DNA of 64,000 nt, taken from NCBI GenBank assembly GCA_951406725.2, contig OX597818.1, positions 80,476,001 to 80,540,000 on the forward strand, given 5' to 3'. The translations under genes were made by a program, and so were the position numbers. Of the stretch, positions 54,325-64,000 are shown one piece after another. How positions within the stretch are numbered: position 1 is the stretch's first letter; every line of letters starts with the position of its first letter. This DNA is from Octopus vulgaris (Eukaryota). The notes beneath the pieces were generated by a model that did not search any database, had not been told where the DNA came from, and saw only the letters and a program-made list of their open reading frames with translations.

Positions 54325-54819
54325 GCAGCAGCAGTCAATCAATCAATCAATACGACTACCACCAAACAATCACCAAAACATTGCTATGACCGCCAACGCC
54401 ACCACTACTAATTGCTACAACAACCGACACCAGCATTAACTACTACTGCTACTACTACACCCCCGCAAATAGCTCTGCACTCAGTGAATGGATTTGTCTG
54501 AATTTTCGATAATCCTAAGATTAACACAAGCATAATGTTCAGTGTACTAAGCCATAGCTGTAGCTTATCCGTGTAGATTGTGTTCATTATGCGCATAACT
54601 TAAATTGTAAAGAATGAAAACTAATTGATTTTGTTGTAAAGATCTTTATCTGTACATAGTTAAAATGTAAATATTGAAAACAAATTAACTATAGAGTAGG
54701 ATTCTTTTTATCAGCGGATAGTGTGTGTTTGTGTGTTATTGAAGTCGTACCGTGTGACTTTCCAGTCCAAAGGGTCATTCGCGTGAACGTTGCCCTCTTC
54801 TCATCTGTTACAAGTTTGT

Positions 54820-54859
<40 letters not shown>

Positions 54860-55138
54860 ATATAATATAATATAATATAATATAATATAATATAAATACT
54901 ATATATATGCATATATACATACGTATACGTATATACATACATGTTTATGTATATACATATACATCTGTGGGCACAAAACATAAACGTCACAAAACATAAA
55001 CAGCAAATAATGCGAAGTACGAGGACATGGAATAAGGGCTTTTTTGCAACCAACGAAAGAAACAAATGGAAAATAAGACAAGCAACACAAGGAACGGCCC
55101 TTCATCAGTTGTCGGTTGTTTTTCTACTCCATATATAT

Positions 55139-55468
55139 CAGGGTGTCCCAAAAGTCACAGATGGGTTTCAGTTTTTAATAACTTCCTTTAACTTGACGAA
55201 TAAATGCATGAATTTTGATAGAATATAAAGGACATAATGGAAATTAATATGCACAAGTCAAATTTTGAAACACCGCTACATCACATATAAAAAAGGACAT
55301 GGCTTAAATGGCAGCCATTTTCGGCTTCGCACGCCCGTGCTCTTTCCAAAACTTGCGCCATAACACCCTCAAGATTTCTCTATTGATGTTCTCCTTCAGT
55401 TGCACCAGGGTCTCTGGTTTCATGACGTAAACCCTTTCTTTCAAGTATCCCCACAAGAAAAAATCCGT
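55139..55468 (-). mobile_element. Tc1/mariner-superfamily 3' end with transposase C-terminus
   Basis: Terminus CAGGGTGTCCCAAAAGTC; minus strand DFFLWGYLKERVYVMKPETLVQLKENINREI. Confidence 0.7.
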
Positions 55469-55632
55469 ATCAATGAGTACATTATATCATTATAAAAAAT
55501 CGTTTTCTTCAGATGACTACATGAATCACTAAATATGTATGTGCCGTTGAATCACTAAATATGTATGTGCCGTGGATTTTAAATAATTCTAAATGTGCTT
55601 AAAGACGAATGAAATTGTTAAAAAAAGTTTCA

Positions 55633-55973
55633 AATATTGGCACATGGCCAGCAAATTTTGTGTAGGGGAACAGTCGATTACATCAACCCTAGTATTCAAC
55701 TGGAAGATTTTTTATCGACTCTGAAAGAACGAAAGGTAAAGTCCACCTGAAGAATAATAAGTCTTTCTACCAAAGGCACAAAGCCTGACATTTTGAGAGA
55801 GGGGACTACTCGCTTACATCGACCTTAGTCTTTCACTGGTACTTAGTTTACCGACTCCGAAAGGAAGAAAGGCAAAGTCGGCTTCGGCGGAATTTGTGCC
55901 CAGAACATAAAAACGGACGAAATGCCGCTAAGCATTGTGCCCGGCGTGGTAACATTTCTGTCAGCTCGCCGCC
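55633..55973 (-). mobile_element. Two SINE family A short-tail copies
   Basis: Cores near 55715 and 55850; head at 55973. Confidence 0.7.
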
Positions 55974-56014
55974 TAAGTAATGATGATAATGATGATGATA
56001 ACAACGATGACGAC

Positions 56015-56295
56015 GACGATTTAAAAAGGGAAATACGAAGGTTGTGGTCAATGAAGAGAGTAGACGTGATACCAATAGTAATTGGTGCGCTCGGAAGTAT
56101 CAGCACTCAACTACCAAAATGGCTGAAAGTGTGAAAGTAGAATACCTACAAAAATCAGCATTGTTTGCAAGTGCAAGAATTCTTCGCAGGGTTCCTGAAG
56201 CATGACCAGTAAAACAAGTGTCACCTTAGTTTACAGGCTGTGGACAATTGACACTTTCCATCATACTCAGCAAAATAAGGTGTGAGTTTCCATAT
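56015..56295 (+). mobile_element. R4/Dong-like LINE extreme 3' fragment
   Basis: DLKREIRRLWSMKRVDVIPIVIGALG and LQKSALFASARILRRV. Confidence 0.7.
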
Positions 56296-56300
56296 GTATG

Positions 56301-56369
<69 letters not shown>

Positions 56370-56375
<6 letters not shown>

Positions 56376-56499
56376 TTTATAGAAGGAGCTTCTACAGGAC
56401 TAGAACTGTTTCATTCAAATGAAATCATCAGGAAGCTCTGATGATTTCATTTGAATGAAACAGTTCTAGTCCTGTAGAAGCTCCTTCTATAAAATAAAT
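56370..56499. repeat. Perfect 62-bp inverted repeat with 6-nt spacer (Penelope-like inverted terminus)
   Basis: 56370-56431 is the exact reverse complement of 56438-56499. Confidence 0.92.
56386..56438 (-). ncRNA. Type I hammerhead ribozyme motif
   Basis: GAGCTTC-CTGATGA-T-TTC-ATTT-GAA-T-GAAA-CAG-TTCTAGTC-CTG-TA-GAAGCTC: 7-bp stem I, intact core, GUA cleavage triplet. Confidence 0.7.
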
Positions 56500-56564
56500 T
56501 AATTTACTCTACTATGTATTGAGTACCATATTTACTGTGGTTAACCCCGACTCAACCCGGGACC

Positions 56565-56652
<88 letters not shown>

Positions 56653-57328
56653 AAGAGAAAGAGACAGACAGAGACTTCGCACACACAGACTTCAACAGTA
56701 ATATAGAATAAATTTTTTTTAAATACAGAGGAGTGGATGATGTGAAGTTAATTCGATCCCGCAACGTCAAACAGTGAAATATGATCAATAAATTGTTTAG
56801 TGAATCACATCGACAGACAGCGGAAACTTGAACAGTCTGTGAAGAGAGGGAGTTCGAAGTCGAAGTTAATTTGTTTGTAATAGAGATGCTCGGTGCGGAA
56901 AAGACTGGTTGGTATGGTGAGACTAGGCAAATGAGAGGTGACTGTATAATGCATGTGTGCACGCGCAGGCGATGAGTGTAACAGTGTGTCTGTGTGTGAA
57001 TGTTTGTAGCCTCAGTTTGTGCTCTGTGTGCGTACGTGCGAGTGTGCACGTGTGTCTGGAAGTCCCTTTTACATCAATGAATCGTGTGTTATGAACACAG
57101 GTTGTCAAAAGAGGGAGGAAATGTCCTCCTATGATGGAATGTAACAACGGTTTTGCATTTCCGCATTCGAATCTGTCAGATCGTATTAAGAATTAATAGA
57201 TACGTTCAATACCTTGTGAGTAGAAACTATGTAGAAGCCCAGTTCTATATTTAAGAGATGAGGAATTATGTACATTATTTACATTATTTACATTCGACGG
57301 GTATTTGTCTGCATCTTGTTTGTTGTTA

Positions 57329-57372
57329 ATACAACGTTTCGGCTGATATACCCTCCAGCCTTCATCAGGTGT
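57329..57372 (-). ncRNA. Minimal type I hammerhead ribozyme motif in a Penelope-like 3' end
   Basis: ACAC-CTGATGA-A-GGCTG-(GAGGGTATAT)-CAGCC-GAAA-CG-TT-GTAT; palindromic AACGTT stem III; one stem I mismatch. Confidence 0.7.
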
Positions 57373-57425
57373 CTTGGGGAAATTTTAAACGTGGGTTCTC
57401 ATTCCAAAGGTATTTTTAGATGTTG

Positions 57426-57483
<58 letters not shown>

Positions 57484-57485
<2 letters not shown>

Positions 57486-58357
57486 GTTTGACTTTTGCTT
57501 TATGTCTGTACAAGTTGGCTCCAAGTCTCACCCAGAGACCTCAAGAGACAACAGGTTGGAAGTTCACATTGTTGTTATGCCTAGTGTGCCATATATTTGT
57601 TGTTTTTTTTTGGTGTTGTACTAGTGAATGTCTAATAAATACATTTTTTTTTTAAATGTTGTTTTAAACCTTAGGATTACATAGAGAATATTTTGCGTAG
57701 GTTATTAGCAGTTCCCATGAGCACTATCTTTTGAATTTCTGCCATTTTGGGGTTTCCTGGTATCTGAGTTAGGTAGCGATCAGCCCCTTTCGCTATCATT
57801 CCCAAGGCACCTATGACAACAGGTATTGTTTTAGTCTTCAGGTTCCCCATTTTGCTGATTTCTATTTCAAGATCTTTATATTTGTAGGTCTTGACAGATA
57901 CGTTTATATCGATTGGGACAGTCATATCAATGAGGAGGCATGTTCTTTGTCTGAAGTCTTTCAATATGATGTCTGGCCTATTTGCACCTATCTTCCTGTC
58001 AGTTTGAATGGTGAAGTTCCAGAGGAGTGAGATGTGGTCATTTTCAAGCACTGGAGGTGGATTGTGTTTCCACCAGTTTTTTTCATGGGGCAAATCCAGG
58101 TTTTTACAAATTACCCAGTGAATATATTGTGCAGCTCTATCATGCCTGTTGAGGTACTCTGTAGGCGCTAGAAGACTGCATTTGGAGACAACATGATCAA
58201 TGGTTTCATTTTGTTGTCGGCATACACGACATGTTGGGCTACTGCCGTTCTTTAATATGTTGGCCTGGTAGTTTCTTGTTGGTAGGCATTGATCTTGAGC
58301 TGCTATGATAAACCCTTCTGTTTCAGATTTTAAGCCAGAGGCCATTAGCCATTGATG
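57484..58357 (-). mobile_element. 5'-truncated R4/Dong-like non-LTR retrotransposon
   Basis: ORF 57677-58345: ETEGFIIAAQDQ, CRVC..ETIDHVVSKC (CCHC), RHD, NRPDIILKD..LIDMTVP (restriction-like endonuclease); 3' end abuts (TAA)n. Confidence 0.9.
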
Positions 58358-58659
58358 TTATTTTTGTTCCTATCATTTTCACCATCACCACCACTACTGT
58401 CATTGTGTGGGGGAGTAGTTGGTTAAAGAGGTCATGTTCTATGGGTCTATAAATAGATTCAGCAGATGGTGGAGAGATAGCCCAATAGATAAAGGACATT
58501 AATGGTCAGTAAAGGTCAAACCTGTTTACATTTTTTTTTTTCCTTTCTCTTTTCTTCCTTTCCACATACATATGTATATGTATATGTATACTCACACACA
58601 CATATTATATGATGTTCACGTCAATGATTTTTAAAATTTCTGAATTCAATGTTATGAAA

Positions 58660-58823
58660 CGTGGCTGTGTGGTAAGAAGTTTGCTTCACAACCACATGGT
58701 TCCAGGTTCAGTCCCTCGGTGCGGAACCTTGGGTAAGTGTCTTCTACTATAGCCTCGAGCCGACCAATGCCTTGTGAATGGAGTTGGTAGACGGAAACTG
58801 AAAGAAGCCCGTCGTATATCTGT

Positions 58824-58896
<73 letters not shown>

Positions 58897-58935
58897 TGTG
58901 TTTACGTGTATGGTGTTTGTCTTCATCACCGCTTT
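58660..58935 (+). mobile_element. SINE family B, 5' half
   Basis: GTGGCTGTGTGGTAAG...GGTTCAGTCCC...GACGGAAACTGAAAGAAGCCCGTCG. Confidence 0.8.
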
Positions 58936-59128
58936 TATTATTAATAAAACAAGAAGAATTTTGAAAGAAAAAAAAACATTTACTATGCTAAGTATATCTA
59001 TATATATATAAAACTCAACTTGTGTGTCTGTGTGTGTATATGTGTGTGTGTCTATGTGTGTGTCTGTGTGTTTAACTTTTGGATCTGCCAAGTTTCATTA
59101 TTAAGGATGGAAAGTAGTGTGTAGCAAA

Positions 59129-59638
59129 TCTATATATATAAAGCTGAAGTTGTCTGTGTGTGGCAGGTTTGGTAGCCTTCAACTAACACTATCTCCTTCG
59201 AGACCCTGCAGCGCAAGTTGACCAAAAATTGAGAGTATGATAGAAGGCTTGCTCTTCATTCTGTAGAAGATAAAATTCAAATCGGGTCATGTTAACACCA
59301 AAAATTATTTACATCAAAACAGTGCTTTCTGCAGCGCAAGTTGACCAAAATTGAGAGTATGATAGAAGGCTTGCTCTTCATTCTGTAGAAGATAAAATTC
59401 AAATCGGGTCATGTTAACACCAAAAATTATTTACATCAAAACAGTGCTTTTTTTTCTCTGAAAATCCCTATTCTTTACGATTTTTGACTGCTGTGTCACC
59501 ATTTTTCGGTGTATTTCAACAAGAAAAATGTTCACTTGAAGAGAATAACAAGTTGCATAATGCAAAACTTTTACTTTTCAAAAATTTCAATTCTAAAGGG
59601 TCGAAACAAACCCAAGCAACACCGGGTGATACTGCTAG
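59129..59638 (+). mobile_element. Non-autonomous Helitron with about 123-bp internal tandem duplication
   Basis: A|TCTATATATATAAA...CCCAAGCAACACCGGGTGATACTGCTAG|T; 59206-59328 repeated at 59329-59450. Confidence 0.85.
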
Positions 59639-60140
59639 TACAAAATAATTTTAAAAGTAACATAGAGTAATCTCCCTTGTAGATCACACGCCAAAGTAGC
59701 ACCAATTATTGTGAAACTGAGTCATGTAGTTATTAAATACATGTAACTCTAACTTTCTTTCGTTTGTTCACTCACTTGTACAGATGTGTATGCTTAAACT
59801 GTTGTTGTTGTTGTAGCCAGTTGTGATATATTGTTTTACCATCAGAGTAGATAGCAGCCTTTGGATATAATTTTATCATCCATCTGTTTTCGTTGATTTG
59901 TATGGTCAGTCTCTCGATATATCTCTTTATCCATCTGTATGTGAGCTTGATTGTCAGTCTATGTATCTCATTAGATATACATATACGTACAATCTATCAC
60001 TTCACACAGGCTTTCTTAAACGCACGGAAGAAGCAACACACATGAACAAACGTACATATGTAATAAGATATACACATACACACATACATACATACATATA
60101 TACATACATACATACATACATACATACATACATACATACA

Positions 60141-60174
<34 letters not shown>

Positions 60175-60727
60175 CATACATACATACATACATACATACA
60201 TACATACATACATACATACATACACACACATACATACATACAAACACACAATTTTAGACACACGCGCATGTATGAGTAAACATATGTACATATGTACATA
60301 TAAGTGTAAGTGTATATGTAAACGTACGTGTTTTTATATACACATGCAATATATACACATGTGAATGTATTCATACATATGTGTGTATATATATATATGT
60401 ATATATAAGAATATATATATATATATGCACACACACACTCACACACACTCACACACATATATGTATGCATTAGTGTGTGTATGTGTGTATAATACATAGA
60501 TATATACATTTATGTATGTATATGTATATATATATATGCATATATATTAATATATATATAGATATAAATATCAATACATACGAGTGTGTTTGTGTGTATT
60601 CATGTATATGCATACAATGCACACACACATACACGCACACACATATGCACACACACAGATATACATACGCAGAGGAACACACGCTTACACACAACACATT
60701 GCGTGTGGAAAACATATTCATATATAC

Positions 60728-60775
<48 letters not shown>

Positions 60776-60906
60776 ATGTATGTATGTATGTATGTATACA
60801 CAAATACACAAACGTCGCTCTTTCTTTCCTCCTTCAGTGTGTGTGTTTACGAGTGTATCAGTGTATGTATGCGCGCGCGCGTGTGTGTGTTGTGTGTGTG
60901 TGTGTG

Positions 60907-60945
<39 letters not shown>

Positions 60946-62003
60946 TGTGTATGGTTATAGAAATAGGGAATAAGGGAGTTTTGTGTGGATTTCCGCGCAG
61001 AGGCGTGTCTGAGGCAGGCTCGCATCAAACGGAAATTACATATCGATCCTGATAGCGTGGTGATAGTTATAGAGATAGAGGTGTTGGGATGAGGGGATCG
61101 TGGGTGTTGTTGTTGCTTTTTGTTTGCTCCTAAGTCAGCCATGATCGAACAGACTTTTAATCAAAGACAATCCAGCCGTGACTGTCTCGTTTCCATACCT
61201 CACAGCGCATATGCAAGGAAAATTGGGACCTTTTATCCAATGTTCTCTCTCTCTCTCTCTTTCTCCCCCTCTCTCTCTTTCTCTCTCTCTCCGTCAGACG
61301 GAAGGTAACGGTGTGATTTTTAAGTGAGTGTTAATTACTATTTCTAGCAAGTTGAGCGACTACATAAAGGCTCGTTTGTTGCTTGTTGCTGCTGCTGTTA
61401 CCGTGGTGATCGTAGTCATCATGGTCGTGATTGTAGAAATGATGATGATGATGATGATGATGATGATAATGATGACGACAATGATAATGACGAAGACAAC
61501 CACGATGAGGATGGTGATAATGATGATGGTGGTGGTGGTGAATGGTAGTGGTGGTGGTGGGCGGTGGTAGTCGTCGTCTTCGTCGTGGCGGTTGTGGTAG
61601 CCATAGTGATTGTTGTTAGTGCTAGTGGTGGTGGTGGCGGTGATGGTAGTGGTAGTGGTGATGGTGGTGGTTGTTGGTGGCGTTGGTATTGGGTACTGGT
61701 GGCGGCGGTGGTGGCCATAGTGAATGGTGGAGCCTTGTCGTTTGTGGCTTTGGAATTCGGTATAAAGATAAGGTTGGAATTGATCAGAGATAGATTAGGG
61801 GAGTAGAAGCGATATGGTTCTGGAAATGGGGAAGGGTAGAGTAAGCAGCAGTGGTGATGGTAGAAGTTGAGTGGGGTATGGAAGGTGGTAGGCTACTATG
61901 GTGAGAATGACTGGTATGGTGAAATTAGGACATAAGTATATGATATATATATACAGAGAGAGAGAGACAGAGAGAGAGTGTGTGTGTGTGTATAGATGTG
62001 TGT

Positions 62004-62041
<38 letters not shown>

Positions 62042-62228
62042 TCTATATATACATACATAGATTCATATTTACCTGTCACTGGACGAGTATATTTTTGTTG
62101 ATCTTACCTTGATGGAATAGTAAACTCTATCTATCTATATCTATCTCCGTGTGTGTGCATATATATACATACACACACATATATATAAACATATATATAT
62201 TTACATACATATATATATATATATATAT

Positions 62229-62315
<87 letters not shown>

Positions 62316-62485
62316 TTTTAAGAATTTATGGTAAATGCAGAAACGAAAATCAAATAGGATGGCAAGTTAAAAAACATATTAAATGCACAGACGAACGGAA
62401 AACAGATACAGAAGGTTCCCAGTTTCTCATCAGTTATCGACCAGTAGGTCTGACGTAATTATATATATATATATAGTGCCCCATC

Positions 62486-62527
<42 letters not shown>

Positions 62528-62537
62528 CCCCATCTAC

Positions 62538-62568
<31 letters not shown>

Positions 62569-62701
62569 AGTGGATGGTGCAGAGGTTTAGGAACGGCTGA
62601 AATTAGAATACAACTGGATAAACAACAAATAGCTAAATAGTTCGCGAGAGAGAGGAAGGAGGAGAGAGAGAGAGTGCGAAAGTGAGAGAGAAAGAGAAAT
62701 G

Positions 62702-62750
<49 letters not shown>

Positions 62751-62776
62751 GTAGGTAGGTAGGTAGGTAGATAGAT

Positions 62777-62871
<95 letters not shown>

Positions 62872-63018
62872 CAAACATTTAGATGAACACATAGGTAGAC
62901 AGTTAGATAGAGAGCACATGTAAGAGGAAAGGAACAGAGATAAGAGTAAAACGTGTTTATGCCTTTCCAAGAAAGGCATAAAGCTAAAAGTTCGGAGAAA
63001 GGAAATAAAAACCGAGTA

Positions 63019-63348
63019 TACCTTCTCCTCGACTTACGACCTATGTGACTTAAGACCATCCGCACTTACAACGTCAAAAGAATAAGGAAATAGAAAATTG
63101 AATAAATAAAAAAATTGGTCTTCGGAGTTTGGGCAGTTGCTTGTACAATAACTATGGCTGTATCAGGTAACGCATGCCTCCCTCAGACCCAGGCATCCAC
63201 TGCCTGCCACTATCTCTCATTCGGTCGCTTTCAAACATCAGTTGTCTCTGAATGAAAATAGAGTGGAAAATATAATCCAACATACGATCAGATCGACTTA
63301 TGACCAATCAGTCGGAACGAGACTCGGTCGTAAGTCGAGGAGAAGGTG
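63019..63348. mobile_element. Tigger/pogo-type MITE
   Basis: TA|TACCTTCTCCTCGACTTACGACC...GGTCGTAAGTCGAGGAGAAGGTG|TA with internal GACTTA(C/A/T)GACC subrepeats. Confidence 0.85.
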
Positions 63349-63732
63349 TATATCAGCCTCGGTACATCAGTGCTATTTTATTTTAATGATCCCTGAATGA
63401 TAAACGACAATGTTGAGCTTGGTGAGATTTGAACACAAAACATAAAAGTGCTTGAAGATATGCCGAAATGTATTTCCCCCGTCGCTCTAACAATGGTAAA
63501 AACAACTAAGTGTAGATATTTATCTTCTGCATGTTACACTCATTAGATTGCAACCATGTTTGAGCAATGCGTTGAAGAGTTTTTGTCGACTGTATGGTTC
63601 CCAGTACTTAAAAATTGATTTTATTTTATAGGTCTTTCTTGACAAAACACTAAGCCACGGTGGCAGGAACAAATGCACGCGCACACGCACTCACCACACA
63701 CTCAAATATATATATGTTCGGCGGACTTCTTT

Positions 63733-63949
63733 ATCTCTTTTACTCTTTTACTTGTTTCAATCATTTGACTGTGGCCATGCTGGAGCACCGCCTTTAGTCG
63801 AGCAAATCGACCCCAGGACTTATTCTTTGTAAGCCTAGTACTTATTCTATCGGTGTCTTTTGCCGAATCGCTAAGTTACGGGGACGTAAACACACCAGCA
63901 TCGGTTGTCAAGCGATGTTGGGGGGACAAACACAGATACCCAAACACAT

Positions 63950-63982
<33 letters not shown>

Positions 63983-64000
63983 CGACGAGCTTCTTTCAGT
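63733..64000 (-). mobile_element. SINE family B running off the window end
   Basis: Near identical to 44803-45070. Confidence 0.85.

Noticed and set aside
55522-55574. Direct duplication of TGAATCACTAAATATGTATGTGCCGT
   Set aside because: Ordinary local tandem duplication with no further structure
57677-58345. 222-aa ORF as a host gene
   Set aside because: It is the C-terminus of a 5'-truncated LINE ORF, with homologous decayed copies at 238 and 56015
3278-62979. Many ORFs rich in YI, CV, HT, poly-I, poly-G, poly-L or LSIY
   Set aside because: Translations of microsatellites that lack stop codons

Overview
AT-rich eukaryotic (metazoan) intergenic or intronic DNA made almost entirely of microsatellites and decayed transposable elements. 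The SINE repertoire suggests a cephalopod, probably Octopus; this is an inference from recalled repeat sequences, not a search result. No intact host gene, rRNA, tRNA or CRISPR array is supportable, and most listed ORFs are translations of simple repeats. Recognisable elements: three tRNA-derived SINE families with many copies; LINE remnants (Tx1/L1-like, R4/Dong-like with restriction-like endonuclease, RTE, CR1-group); two near full-length dead mariners; two Tc1 copies; a pogo-like element; a hAT/Buster remnant; a Sola-like element; several MITEs; three non-autonomous Helitrons; and a DINE-1/Helentron-like element. The most notable signal is a set of short elements carrying type I hammerhead-ribozyme motifs (about 16.5, 25.2, 32.0, 56.4 and 57.3 kb). 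Four of them are inverted foldback pairs and most abut microsatellites, as expected for Penelope-like or retrozyme elements. A near-identical 832-bp tandem array with an A-B-A-B-A-B-A layout sits inside a (TA)n tract. All calls were made by eye and coordinates of degenerate elements are approximate.
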